Below, piece after piece: positions 1 to 14,489 of a stretch of DNA of 64,000 bases (position 1 is its first letter; every line of letters starts with the position of its first letter). The translations under genes and the position numbers were made by a program. The stretch comes from Eledone cirrhosa (lineage: Eukaryota), in assembly GCA_964016885.1 (NCBI GenBank), contig OZ024742.1, forward strand, positions 273,730,001-273,794,000. The letters are read 5' to 3'. A model generated the notes under the pieces. That model saw only the letters and a program-made list of their open reading frames with translations, did not search any database and was not told where the DNA came from.

Positions 1-900
1 GAGAAGACACCAAAATACCATAAACGGAGACACCTCAACAGATATAAAAAACAAAAATAGAAGAAGAACTAATACATTCTTCAACCCCCTTTTCAATCTA
101 AACGTCTCTACCAACCTACCTAAGGCTTTCTTCTCACTCCTCGATAAAAACTTCCCATCTGGCCACAAGTACCATAGTCTTATAAATAAAAACACCATTA
201 AAATCTCCTACTCTACGACGCCTAGCATAGCATACCCCATAGCTAGTAGCAATAAAAGAAAGATTAATACTTACTTTCAACAAACTAAAACACAGAAGGG
301 GGTAAACTTTCAAAACAACGTATTATATGCAAACCCTGATATCAATAGTAATGATAGTAATAACACTAATGAAATCAATAACATTGGGAGCGACAACCCC
401 CATAGCCATAATGCAATACCTAGCAACCAGACTTCTACACAACATAATAACCGACAGGTTAACATACAAAATAATTGTAACTGTAGATCTAATAGAACGT
501 GCCCTTTAGGAAAAAACTGCTTAATCAAGGACATCATCTACTCATGCACGGTCAGAACTAGCAACTCTTCTGAAACCTACATAGGCTCTACTTCGAACTG
601 CTTCAAAACCAGATACAATTCACATCTCCATTCTTTCAAAAAACACAGTCTAGCCAACTCCACTTCACTATCTAGCTACATACACTATCTGAAAACTAGA
701 AATAAATCATATACACTTCAATGGGAAGTTATAGGTAACGCGGCATCGTAAAGACCACCTAATAAATTCTGCAACCTCTGTCTACTAGAGACCCATACTA
801 TAATCTTCTCGATCCTTAACCTCTTAATAAAAAATCGGAAGTGTTTGCGTCGTGCCAGCACCGCTTCCGGCACTCCTTCCAAAACTTTAAACCTAATATA
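1..900 (+). mobile_element. Penelope-like element (Naiad-like), 3' fragment: RT C-terminus, Cys-rich linker, GIY-YIG endonuclease; disrupted
   Basis: Manual translation gives FFNPLFNLNVSTN...KNFPSGHKYH..INKNTIKISYS, CNCRSNRTCPLGKNCL, TYIGSTSNCFKTRYNSH and FCNLCLLE, with stops and frameshifts. Confidence 0.85.
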
Positions 901-2561
901 TAACAATGTCAGACATGTACCCATCACCGCTTATAACACCACACCGCACTCTCCGATCCACCCCTCCCACGACACAAATCATTCTATCTATAACTTTATA
1001 CCCTAGAAATATCTCCATAAACACCAACTTTTAATATAATTACTTCCAATTACTTATAATTATATAGGGATAGAAATATAATACAGTCTATATAAACTTT
1101 AAATACTAGATACGGCAGTGAATTATATATGCAATTGTAATTAAATGAGTGGAGTAATAACATCAGATATATATAGGATTAATTTATTAACATAAGGGAT
1201 CTGTCTAACTTATATGTAGGGTGGTGCAATGAATTATATATGAATTATATATGCATGTATAACTTGATGGATAGATTAATGACATTGTAAATGAGGCATG
1301 TATTTGTCTACCCAAGAGATGTATTTGAACAGCCATACGCTGCTCCATAACTTACCAGGAGTTATGTAGACACAATTCAAATAGGTCCTCTGATATGTTT
1401 TGAGAGTAGACTGTATTTACAGTGAATTTTGACATAAAGATATGGCACGTTGTATGGAAAATTCAATTATAGCGCTATATAATAAAGAGTAATAAACTTC
1501 CTATAGATACCTTTAATATATTATGATAGAGTAGACTGTATTTAAAATTGAAAATTAGATATAAATATATAACCTTTTATATAAGGGACTCAATTGAGGC
1601 ACCATATAATGTATGTTAGAACAATGAATTTAGTTATGAGAATCAGGTAGTTACCTCCCCTTAATTACACACCTACTTCCGGGTAATAGACCACTGTAAA
1701 TTCTCGCAGCAGAAAGAAACTATTCTATAAATATGAATTAAATAACAATGAGCCTCAATACGCTACAATAATCTAATGCATCAAACATTCAATATGGAAT
1801 CATTGTAACTTATGAGATGGATATAAAAAGTATACTTCCTTTTTCTGAATATGAAAATGGTGGTGGATGCGAAAACTATAACTTTCTTTTTCTTTTTCTT
1901 TTTCTTTTTCTTTTTCTGCACACATACTTTTTTGATCTATACAAAAATTACACTACCACTACAACTACCATAATACTCTTGCTTACCCGCTTAAAGTGCT
2001 TGCATTACATGTAACACCTTGCCACACAATAATCGTATATAAATGAGACACACTTGCATGCACCCTGTGTAACTAACGCATACACTATCTACTAGATCTG
2101 ACTATCAAACTATCCTCTTGCATTATCAGTGTTATCTGCCTAAAGTATTTTAATTTTAATTTTAATTTTGAGTTTGATTTTGAATTTGAATTGCTGTACA
2201 AATATAGTATAGTATAATATATGTCACTCCACTGTACATCAATATATATATATGTATATGTATGTCTCCTGCATTAGATAGGAAGTCAATTATATGTTCA
2301 AACATTGAAAAATGCTCCGAATATTCCAACCCTAGGTTTGGATGAAACAATTGTAAGTGAATAAATGCTTTGAACATAGCTTTGATTCTTGTGAATTCTA
2401 TATAACTGCTCTGTAGAACAACTGATGTTATTACATTCAGCTATTTATCTTACTGGTAATAAGGTAGTAATAAATTACTGACCCTCCCTGTTTATAGTTT
2501 TAAATATACATAACTATAAAAAGATTAAAATATACATAACTATAAATAGTATCCTTAATAT

Positions 2562-2601
<40 letters not shown>

Positions 2602-2759
2602 ATACGTAGGTGCAAACATACATATATATATACACACACACATATGCACACATACACATAAACATGTACACATATATCTGTATACCTACAGAAACATATA
2701 TAAAAAAACACATCTATACATACATATATGTATACACATCTACTCAAGTGTTTATATGA

Positions 2760-3065
2760 ATGTGTGTGTGTGTATGTATGCTTTAATTCCTCCAAATCTT
2801 CATCATCATCAACACTCACACCATAGACACATCCAAATTTCTCTTATATATAGTCACACATCTCAACACAACCTGACCTCAGTTTGACAATCGCCACAGA
2901 CGAATGCGAGAAAGTTCTCCAACTAAAGTTAAGCAGGAATGTTTAAAATTCTTCCCACCGAAGTTAACAAAGAACTTACTAGATCTACCAACTCATAATA
3001 TAATATTATAAAATTAAATCGAAATCTTTTAACACTACAAGTGAAGTCTTTTCGTGTTTACAAAT
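2760..3065 (+). mobile_element. Solo 3' terminal (pLTR) fragment of the Penelope family at 26708-31490, with a degenerate HHR-like motif at 2884-2920
   Basis: Aligns by eye to 31180-31490. TTGACAA-tcgc...gcga-GAAA occurs at both 2884 and 31305. Confidence 0.7.
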
Positions 3066-3075
3066 ATATATATAT

Positions 3076-3300
3076 AAGCAGAAGGGATATTCAATTTGTT
3101 GGTAATTCAAATATTATAAATGTTTATAACTGATTCAAAGCACTCGACAATTTTTCTGGACTATAATATTCAATATTAAATATGGAAACTATATTTATAA
3201 AACCATATTATTGTATTATATATATTTCAAGGATACCAAAAACTTTGGTACGCTTTCATCAGAGAAAATACAAAATGTGTTTTATAAATTTTGACATAGC
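3076..3300 (-). mobile_element. Family A non-coding pLTR-like element with an HHR (about 3210-3275) and a GAGTGC tail
   Basis: Minus strand reads CTGATGA-aagcgtaccaaa gtt tttggtatcctt-GAAA-tatata-TA. Homologous to 7281-7724, 20300-20517 and 32617-32795. Confidence 0.75.
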
Positions 3301-3569
3301 CAAGGAACATACCTTAACGGTTGAAGTTTTCCTTGGATAGTTGACTTAGAGACAGATTTTTCAAAATTGTTAAGATGATTATGCAAATGAATATGTAAAT
3401 CAGGTTGAGGTATATGTTTGAAAAAACGTTATTTTAGATGCTATGGAGAATTTAGATATGTGTTTGTAATAGTAGGAAAGAAAGAAAAGGAAAAAAAGAA
3501 AAAATATATATATATGTATATATATATATGTATGTTTTTAGGTATGTATGTATATGTGTATGTACATAT

Positions 3570-6500
3570 GTTCAGGATCTGTTACAGGTTCGTGTGGCTG
3601 GCCGTAGCCTAAAAGTGCACCAAACTCTATGATGACAGTTGATAACCTTGAAGTCAATGGCAGTAATGGCTCTGGAACTTATTGTGAAGGGGTCTGGCTC
3701 GCCATGTGCCCCATGGCACCGCAGCGTGGGCACGGCCGTCATCCTACAGCTGCAACGAAGTTCAAACCTCAGAATATTGGATGCTGGAATGTAAGAACTT
3801 TACTGGATTCCCAGTCCAGTAACTCTCTCCATGAAATAATATCTGCTTTGGTGTCGAGGGAACTCAATCGCTATAGCATGGACATTGTTGCTCTTTCAGA
3901 AACGAGATTGGCAGGTGAGGGTCAATTCACAGAACAGAAGGGTGGATATAACTTCTATTGGAATGGTAGAACAGAGGTTTGTAGGAGAGAGGCAGGGGTC
4001 GCATTTGCTATCAGGAATGGAATCGTCTCAAAGCTGGAAAATCTTCCTCGTGGATTCAATGATCGGATAATGTCCATGAAGTCACTCTGATTCAAAATCG
4101 CTTTTTGACTCTGGTCAGTGCGTACGCTCCTACTATGTGTGCCAGTGATGATTAAAAACTAGGTTTCTACATGTCTTTGAGAGAGGTCATCCATGGTATA
4201 CCTTATGCAGACAAGATTGTCATACTTGGTGATTTTAATGCACGTGTTGCTAATGACTGGGAAGCATGGAGTGTGATAGACAAGCATGGAATAGGTAAGT
4301 GCAATAACAATCGCCTACTTCTGTTGCAGATGTGCATTGAGATGGATCTTGTTGTTGGGAACACGCTCTTTCAGCAGAAAGACAAATATAAGACAACTTG
4401 GACGCATCCAGGTTCCAAGAAGTGGCACCTTATTGACTTCGTTTTAACGAGTAAACGTGATATCAGGGAAATCACGTTGGTTCGTGTATTGCGAGGCGCG
4501 GAATGTTGGACTGATGATCGTCCGATGCGCGCCAAGTTTGAAATTGTTGTGAATCCCAAAGTAAGAGGGAAGAAGGTTGCACTTCCAAAAACAACTAAAC
4601 ATGATTCATCTGAAAACAGAGAAAGTCAGAGCTGAACTGTCGAGGTCCCCTGAGTCCATGGAATGTGAAAACACTTGGGAATCATTGAAGAAAACCGTCT
4701 ATGATGTTCGAGCTGGAGTTTTGCATCATACCAATAGAAAGCATAAAGACTGGTTCGATGAAAATGATCCAGACCTTGCTTGAAGAGAAACAAAAAGTGC
4801 TGACATAATTGTTGTGTGAGACACGTTCTGACAGGAGTGACCGGACCCTCAGGCAGATCAAGGCACGTGTGCAACATCGATTGAGAGCCATACAGTATAC
4901 TTGGTGGAGGCAAAAGGCTGATGAAATCCAGAAGGCCTCAGATAGACAACATGATACAAAGCTCATATAAAGTCTACTCAGGGAGCTGTATGGTCGGACC
5001 GGTTCACAAATAACACCACTTCGCTCCGGGGACCGCACGGAATTGCTCAGAGATCCGAAGGAAATCCTGATCAGGTGGCACGACCACTTTGATGAGATTC
5101 TCAACAGATCATCAGAAATTGATGATGAGTTAATCCGCTCGATTCCATCCAGACCTCCAAAGCTGGCAATGGCTGAACCTCCTTCATTTGATGAGGTGGG
5201 GAAGGCCATTGCCAAATTAAACAGCGGCAAGTCACATGGATTGGATGGACTGAGTCCCGAGATTTTCAAGTGTGCTGGTGATAACTTCTTAAACCGCCTC
5301 ACTGATCTCTTTGTGAATGTTTGGAATGAAGATGTGCCACAGGATTGGAAACACGCATTGATGGTGGTACTTTACAAAGAAAGGGATCCAAAAGTGACTG
5401 TGGAAACTACAGAGGTATTACACTGCTATCTGTGGCTGGGAAGATCTTGTGCAGGATATTGTTGGACAGATTGATACAGACAATTGATGCTGGAGTACTT
5501 CCTGAGTCCCAATGTGGCTTTAGGAATGGCAGAGGCACTGTTGACATGATCTTCTAGGCCAAACAACTTCAAGATTAATTCATTGAACAGCGCATGGGCT
5601 TATACCAAGTTTTTGTGAATCTGACCAAGGCATTTGACACCTTTAATCGCAAGGTTTGTGGGTTATTTTGGAGAGATTGTCCTGAAAGGTTTGTGAACAT
5701 TCTGAAACAATTCCACAATGGCATGCAGGCATGGGTGAATGTTGGAGGAAATCTGTCTGAGCCAATCACGGTTGAAAATGGTGTTAAGCAGGGTGATATA
5801 CCTGCACCAACTTTGTTTGCCTTGTATTTCGCAATGGTGTTCTGCATGGCTTTCAATGAGTGTCAACACGGTATCTATCTCAGATATCGCACTTCTGGCA
5901 AGCTGTTTAACCTTAGGCATCTCACAGCCAACACTAAGGTACTGAGATCGTTGATCAGAGAATTGTTATATGCAGATGACTGTGATCTCCTTGCACACAC
6001 CCAGAGTGACATGCAACGCCTTATGGATTCTTTTTCCAATGCGTGCAGTGCTTTGGGTGTGACCATCAGTCTGAAGAAGACCCTATCATGTACCAACCTG
6101 TTCCGGATAAAGTTTTCAATGAAGCTTCAATATACATATACGGTCAAAAGTTGAAGGCTGCTGACACATTTGTCTACTTGGGGAGTACTCTGAGTGTGGC
6201 CTGCTCTCTGGATGCAGAAGTTGGTCTATGTGTTAGTAACGCAAGTGAGTCATTTGGAAGCCTCAACGACCGTCTTTGGTGCTAGCGAAGAATCACAATG
6301 AGGACCAAGGTGAGAGTGTATACTGCATGTGTACTGTCAGCTTTGCTGTATGCATGTGAGACATGGGTCGCCTACAAACGGCATATCCACAGACTGGAAC
6401 CGTTTCACCAACAGTGTCTCAGAAACATTCTCGGTATCAAGTGGCAGATGCATCTTAATGATATGGAGGTCCTTGAGAGAAGTGAATGTCGGAGAATTGA

Positions 6501-7000
6501 GAGTATCATCCAGCAACGGCGTTTGCGATGGATCGGACACCTCTGCAGAATGGAGGATGATCGAATCCCAAAACAACTCTTGTATGGCGAACTTTGTGAG
6601 GGTAATAGACCACTTCACAAGCCAAGGCTCCGAGTCAAGGATTGTGTAAAGGACTCATTGTAAAAAAATGGTTTGATGATGGCTGACTGGGAGATAGAAG
6701 CTCTTGAGAGAGAAACTTGGCGTGGAATGGTGAATGATGGGTCCATAATTTTGAGGACACACGTATAGAGCACGAGAAGATCTAACGGTATGTGCGTAAG
6801 TAATTCCCTGGTATATCTCTCGAAACAATCGGTGTCTCCACTGAATTGAAGTGCCCTGAGTGTGGAAAAATTTGCTTCAGAAAATCTGGTCTCAGGAGCC
6901 ACAGTCGCAGCCATGTTCAAAGAGAACCAGTGAACTATGATCTCCACGGTGTAGTGAAGGTTCACGGGCAACCTCATAAATGACCTCAAGCCAGGGAGAT
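3570..7000 (+). mobile_element. RTE-clade LINE, near full length, pseudogenised (APE endonuclease plus RT)
   Basis: ORF pieces contain IGCWNVRTL, DIVALSETR, ILGDFNARV, HLIDFVL, NYRGITLLS, PESQCGFR, GVKQG, LLYADD and RLRWIGHL. Many stops and frameshifts. Confidence 0.93.
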
Positions 7001-7243
7001 CCATATTTGTCGTTAGTGTGTGACAGAGTGCAAGTCTCTAGCAGGTTGGAAAAGCCATATCCGAGCATCACACATCTGAATCTGACAGGCGGTTGCAATA
7101 CTCTTCGCAGCGTTTGCAGCCATCATGTACAAATGTATGTAATTGTGAGTGATTATCCATTCTTATATGTCTGTGTTGGCGTGAGCCTGTATGTATGTGT
7201 ATGTGTGTACACACACACACACACACACACATACACACACATA

Positions 7244-7280
<37 letters not shown>

Positions 7281-7285
<5 letters not shown>

Positions 7286-7724
7286 CGATATTAAACAAAT
7301 GGAAACTATATTTATAAAACCATATTTATTTCATTATACATATTTCGGGGATACCATATTAAAAATATGGCATGCCTTCTTCAGATAAAATACAATATAT
7401 AAACAGTTCTATAAATAATTTTGACGTACCATAAATATTGACCAACCGTTATGTAAGAAGCTGGTTACATAACGGTTGGTCAATATTTATGGTACGTCAA
7501 AATTATTTATAGAACTGTTTATATATTGTATTTTATCTGAAGAAGGCATGCCATATTTTTAATATGGTATCCCCGAAATATGTATAATGAAATAAATATG
7601 GTTTTATAAATATAGTTTCCATTTGTTTAATATCGTATATCTACTCCAAAACTTGTCGAGTGCTTTATATCAGTTATAAAATATTTACTTGTTGTAACCC
7701 AACAATTTTATATAAAACTTTTGC
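7281..7724. mobile_element. Family A fold-back element: 176-bp inverted arms, 8-nt loop, one HHR per arm, 3' tail, flanked by (TA)n
   Basis: 7281-7456 is the reverse complement of 7465-7640, with loop gaagctgg. The tail is 7641-7724. Confidence 0.9.
7529..7594 (+). ncRNA. Type I hammerhead ribozyme motif (family A)
   Basis: Stem I tattttat/atgaaata, core CTGAAGA, stem II containing ccatatt/aatatgg, GAAA, tatgta, cleavage triplet AUA. Confidence 0.75.
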
Positions 7725-7858
7725 ATATATATATATATATATAAATATTATTATTTTTATTTTATAGAAGGAGCTTCTATGAAATAAAAAAAATTTACTC
7801 TGCCATGTATTGAGTACCTTACTTACTGTGGTTATTCCCGACTCAACCCGGGACCTAC

Positions 7859-7923
<65 letters not shown>

Positions 7924-8045
7924 GGAGGTGAGTTTTATTGTATTACAATAAAGCAATGCAAATATCATCCCATGATGATATGTGTTTTTTGAAATGCGCA
8001 TAATAAAATACATGGAACTCTTTTAACCATCTATTGATTTTATAT

Positions 8046-8109
<64 letters not shown>

Positions 8110-8111
<2 letters not shown>

Positions 8112-9122
8112 GTGGCACGAAACTACCGGTTAGTAGAGACTATCAGAATCCTGGTGAGATTTATGTGCATTTTTCTTCAAACTTCTATTTTGTACCTAAT
8201 GCCGTGTAGTTAACTATTTGTCTAGTAAAATTCTACAGGCTAGAAGAACTAATTTGATAAATGTCATATGGATGTACATCGCGGAAAAGAATCTGAATAA
8301 TTCGTCTATTATTTCTTCATAAGTACATTTTAAACTTATAGCCTCGTTTAAATGATTTTTATGTGGTTGATTTATAGTGATTGGGAGACGAAATACTGTA
8401 TATATTTTATCTAATGATTCTTTGGACTTACATTTTTATGTATAGCTCTGATTAATAATTATTTAATTAATTCTTCATTGAGCCACAGCGTAAATGGTTG
8501 CCAAGCTCATATATGTATCTGCGACTATGGCTATTTATATATATACATACCCTTTGTATTTAATATATACTCCCGTAAGTTTAAGTAAAGCTTTAGGCAG
8601 TATTCGGCTGCGCTTTACAGCAACCAGCCTACTCGCTGACAGGCACCAATCACAAACATTCTACCTTGATCACTGGCCACGTGATGGTTCTTAGCCATTT
8701 TGAATTGATTTCTGGCGGGGATCATGGTAGAAGAAACTTAGTCCAGTCTGGGGTATCTCCTGATGACTTCCGAGCCTCGAGGATTTATCCAAGACAGGGT
8801 ATATCCAAAAGTGGAACGAAACCACCGGTCGGTAGAGGCTATGAGAATTCTGGTAAAATGTATATGCATTTTTTCTTCAAACTTCTATTTTGTACTTAAT
8901 TCCGTGTAGTTAACTATTTGTCTAGTCAATTTCTACAGGCTAGAAGAAATAATAAGATAAGTGTCATATGGCTGTACATCATTTGTCTATTATTTCTTCA
9001 TAAGTACATTTTAAACTTATAGCCTCGTTTAACTTATTTTTATGTGGTTGATTTATAAGGATTGGGAGAGGAAATACTGTATATATTTTATCTAATCATA
9101 CTTTGGACTTACATTTATGTAT
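8110..9122 (+). mobile_element. Non-coding element with about 320-bp direct repeats (period about 700 bp) and an HHR
   Basis: 8110-8442 is repeated at 8810-9122. Flanked by (TA)n/(TG)n. Confidence 0.75.
8755..8840 (+). ncRNA. Type I hammerhead ribozyme motif with a long stem II
   Basis: tctc-CTGATGA-cttcc...ggaac-GAAA-ccaccggtcgg-TA-gagg. The partial copy at 8119 reads GAAA ctaccggttag TA gagac. Confidence 0.7.
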
Positions 9123-9378
9123 ATATAGGTAAGTTATTCCGGGTTGAATCGGAGTTAACCACAGTAAGTAAGGTACTCAATAGATAGCAGAGTATACAAG
9201 TTTTAATATAGAAGAGATTTAATATAGAAGAGATTTAGGAGGCAGAATATAATTAGAAATAAGATTAAAAATAAAATGAAAATAAGAGTGATCCGACTCG
9301 CGACGTATCTAAAATACAAAAAAAAAAATTATATATATAGATAATATATATAGTAATAAAAACGGTAAATTGTGTGTT

Positions 9379-9450
<72 letters not shown>

Positions 9451-9629
9451 GATATGTGTTCCTTCACGCACAAGGCGCTAAGGTACGCATGTATTGTCCA
9501 ACCAAATGCCAGTGTGGTTCAATGGCAGGTTAATCAATTAACGAGCCAGAACAAATATAAACAAGGTTTAGCAAATAATGAAAAAGTTTCAAAATAAATT
9601 TTAAAAAATTGACTTTACCTACTATAGTT

Positions 9630-9712
9630 ACCTTTACCGATCGGTTTCGAATCCCAAAAATAAACGGAGACCATACGGCCTTCGTTGCAAAGAAAGATTC
9701 TCGTCAGAAGGT
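9630..9712 (-). ncRNA. Type I hammerhead ribozyme motif, canonical core, within an insert at about 9445-9915
   Basis: acctt-CTGACGA-gaatc...gattc-GAAA-ccgatcgg-TA-aaggt. Stem III accgatcggt is palindromic and the cleavage triplet is GUA. Confidence 0.85.
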
Positions 9713-10519
9713 TCTTTTCATTCGAAGAATATAAAATTCCTGAATTTAAATTACGAACTAGCGCTATCAAAACTGTTCCTGGGATGAGAGTGGATGATGT
9801 AGAAACAGGTTTATCAAGGGCCGAAGTAAAGATAGAGGCAGAAGGAGGTAGGTCAAACCAGCCGCAGCTATCACTAGCAGCAGTCGGAGCGACCAAATTT
9901 GTTCTCAACTTAGATATATATATATAGAACAGATTCTACAGGACTAGAAATATCATTCGTGAGAAATCATCAGGTATCTGACTGTCCAAGTAAATATGGT
10001 GGTATTTATATATTTTCTGGTGGTAGGAGAGGGTGGGGATTGGAGTTGGTGGAGGTCATTGGTTGAAAGAAAAGGGAATTCATTAAAAGCTAATTCCTTA
10101 AAGCTATAATTTATATTTAGAGTGACAAAGGTAGAAAGAATGCTATAAATAAGTTCAAATTGGAGTGCCACTCCTTATTTTTAAGTTTCTCTTAAAATAA
10201 CAATGCCTATATTTCAGGTGTCTATAAGATGGATGGAGATCAGTCACTGTTGATGGGTTTAAAGAAAGGGGAATTCTTTAAAAGCCAATTATTTAAAGCT
10301 TTAGTTATACATGCTTATAAACATATATATATATACACAAAAATACATATATTTATATATATATATATATATATATATACATACATATACATATATATAC
10401 ATATATATACATATATATACATACACACATACACACACACATATACATATACATATATATATATATACACACATATACATATACATACATATACACACAT
10501 ACATACATACATATATACA

Positions 10520-10829
10520 AATTGGGCTACTCAGCCGTTAATATGCATAAGGTAAGTATATACTTCAACAATCTGGCAGGAAGGTATACGTTGCTGACGA
10601 TAGCTAATAAGCTTGAAACTAGTACAGCGTTCCTTTGTCAGTGTTGAACAAACGAGCAACGATGGTTGCTGGACACTACGGCTTAGTACGGGATGTTTGT
10701 TTACAAACACACCGAGCATTATAATAAATGTTCGGTGAATCCATACGTACATATGTATATGTGTGCATGTATGTATGTATATATACATACTGCTGTACGT
10801 CTGTATACATATATGTATGTACGTGTACA

Positions 10830-10830
<1 letters not shown>
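10520..10830 (+). mobile_element. Diverged partial monomer of the 466-bp HHR repeat (HHR at 10588-10630)
   Basis: acgttg-CTGACGA-tagct aata agctt-GAAA-ctag-TA-cagcgt. The flanks align to the array unit. Confidence 0.88.
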
Positions 10831-11590
<760 letters not shown>

Positions 11591-12161
11591 TCTGTTGACA
11601 TTTGGAATATAGCTTAAGAGAAACTTGAAGATAATGGTATGATAGGCACTCAATATTTTGAACTGGTCTATAGTATTCTCTAGGCCTTTGTCACTCTAAG
11701 TAGAACCTTAATGAATTAGCTTTTTAAGAATTTCCCTTTTCTTTAAATCCATCAACCATGACTGACTCCCAACGATCTTATAGACACCTGAAATATAGGC
11801 ATTGTTAGCTTAAGAGAAACTTAAAAATAAGGAGTGGCACCTCATTCTGACTTGTTTATAGAATTCTTTCTGTCTTTGTTACTCTAAATATAAATTATAG
11901 CTTTAAGGAATTTTAATTCCTTAAAGCTATAATTTTTAATGAATTCCCTTTTCTATCAACTAATGACCTCTACCCATCCCACTCCCTACTCACTCCTACC
12001 ACCTAAAGAGACCTATAAATACCATATTTATTTTTTGATACCCATATTCCTGATGATTTCTAAAGAATGAAACATTCTAGTCCTGTAGAATCTCAACTAT
12101 ATTAAAACTATATATATATATTTAAACACACACTTTACTGTGTTTATTACTACAGATATGT

Positions 12162-12255
<94 letters not shown>

Positions 12256-12260
<5 letters not shown>

Positions 12261-12440
12261 TCTACTTTTTGGCACAAGGCCAGCAAATAATCCAGTGTAT
12301 TACTGGTACTTTTTTTAATGGACTCCGTAAGGATGAAAGGCAAAGTTAACCTCGGCGGGATTTGAACTCAGTCCGTAAAGGGGCGTAACTGTGCTGCAAA
12401 GCATGGAGTCCGACCCTCTACCGATACTGCCAATCCACCT
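12256..12440 (-). mobile_element. tRNA-derived SINE resembling the abundant octopus SINE
   Basis: Minus strand has an A-box-like TGGCAGTATCGG and a B-box GAGTTCAAATCCC. The body aggatgaaaggcaaagttaacctcggcgggatttgaact is also at 43696-43733. Confidence 0.8.
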
Positions 12441-12939
12441 ATATATATAATAAAAATCATATAATATTACGGCTCCTTTTGTTGAGCTAAATTTTAATCC
12501 CATATAAACGGCTGTTATTTCTAGCATCGTGAGTATGGGGTAGCTAGTGAGCTGGAAAACCACGTGCGTTTGCGCTTGTACACCAGACCTCCAAAAATAT
12601 TCCGAGGTGAAACATCCTAATTTTCTGGATACCTGTTGATGAACACAGAAAATGTAATATTTCACTTTTTTATACTATCGTTGCGAAACTTATTTGGGTT
12701 TTGAAATTCAGATTTGTCTGCGGAACAGGTTTGGATTTTGAAATTTAAATTTGTCCAAGTATCACGGTTATTGCCAATATGGGTTTGTTTTTATTGATTT
12801 ATTATTTTAAATCGAGACAGGCAAACTATATTTATTTGAATTAGTTTATTTCATTCTAGCTAACTTGGTCATTTACCATACAAACACGTATGTGTTTATC
12901 ATATATTAATTTATATTAACTTGTATATATATATATATA

Positions 12940-13200
12940 ACCAAGAATTAGTATGCTTCGTCGATTACTCAAAGAATTCAATTTTACAATAAATTTGAAG
13001 CACTCAACAAGAAAGTTTTCGTGGAGTTTTTAATATTATTCAAAATGTTAACAAATGAAAAATATTCGCATAATCAACATATATACATTATTATATATAT
13101 TTCAAATGTACTGTGTTTTTCAGTACATTTTTATCAGACAAAATATATGATTTGATATATGACATCCCGCAACGGTCTTGATTATTCAATTCCTGTATTG
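12940..13200 (-). mobile_element. pLTR-like element with an HHR motif (13088-13141) and a GAGTGC tail
   Basis: ttgt-CTGATAA-aaatgtactg/cagtacattt (10-bp stem II)-GAAA-tatata-TA-ataa. The core carries a G8A deviation. Confidence 0.7.
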
Positions 13201-13225
13201 GCAGGAATTGAATAATCAAGACCGT

Positions 13226-13696
13226 CAACAACACACGCACACACACACACACAGTAGCATTCACCAAACAGGCAGAGAATACTACCACCACACACTATTC
13301 AACACTGATAATACAGAAACCAGCACGAGCAGATAATACAATGGATTGACAGCTAACACCACCCCACTTCCACAATTAAAAGAACTATTTCGGCCGCCGA
13401 CCTCTGCTTGACCCAACCCATTTCACGCGCGCAAGCGCTTTGCTGAATACCTCAGATATTCAAAACAACGAACAGCGGAGGACACGTTTCGTAACTATCC
13501 GACAGAAAGCCCCCCCCCCCCCGGCGAAAAAATCCAGTTGATGGATGTTAATCAGAAATATATAAAGACCATTAAATCTCACCCAAGGTAATTCCATCTC
13601 GTGTAATTATCCATCTGCATTGTTGAGGCTTCCAAAACGACCTAAAGAAAATATATCTTATGCCACAATGCTTCAAGCAAACTTCAATACTCTCTT
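13226..13696 (+). mobile_element. Solo pLTR of the Penelope family seen at 18572-19992
   Basis: Aligns to 19345-19992 and ends in the tail cttcaagcaaacttcaatactctc followed by (TA)n. Confidence 0.8.
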
Positions 13697-13704
13697 ATAT
13701 ATAT

Positions 13705-13815
<111 letters not shown>

Positions 13816-14368
13816 ACATGCATATACACATTTATACATAGACGCATACACACACACATGCATAATTATAGATAGAAAGAGAGAAGAAGGTAAGGAGCAC
13901 ACAATCAAAATACATACATATATACCAAAATATTCAGAACAAAAATAAAAAATTATATATCGAAAAAAGTACATACAAAACCATAGACATATAATTACAT
14001 ATATGCATACTTGAAAATTGTAGTATATGTTTATATTATCATAGGGCGCAAAATATATAAAAAAAAACACTTTATATGTTTATGTGGACACACAAGTGTT
14101 AGAATACCAAAAATAAAGTTTGTAGTAAATATTTATATCATTAAGCGCAAAATATAGGAAAAGAAACGTTTATATGTTTATGTATACACACAAGTATAAC
14201 ACGGAAGTACAGACATATACGTATAGAGACACACCTATATGTATACACACAGATACACGTACACACAGAAAATAAATACGGGCACATAAGTACACACAGA
14301 CACACACACACATATATATATGTCGATTAAATTTGGATTGCCTCGGAAACAACCTTATTATGTAACAA

Positions 14369-14442
14369 GCTGTCTGATGATGCCACGACACTCGCACACA
14401 GAACAGTGTGGCCAGTGTCGTCATTGAAATATATATCACAGC
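14369..14442 (+). ncRNA. Type I hammerhead ribozyme motif, canonical core
   Basis: gctgt-CTGATGA-stem II (acgacact/agtgtcgt, cacac/gtgtg)-GAAA-tatata-TC-acagc, cleavage triplet AUC. Confidence 0.85.
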
Positions 14443-14489
14443 ATTATTATTAAAGGACTTGAACATCTGAAACTACTTCGCTTTTACTT

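Noticed and set aside
3570-3745. GC-rich 5' UTR of the RTE element as a possible HDV-like ribozyme
   Set aside because: I could not assign the nested double pseudoknot by eye. A descriptor search is needed.
11646-11651. Extra GAGTGC hits at 11646(-), 14588 and 41990
   Set aside because: They are not in a defined element tail and are consistent with chance occurrences of a 6-mer, so they were excluded from the motif count.
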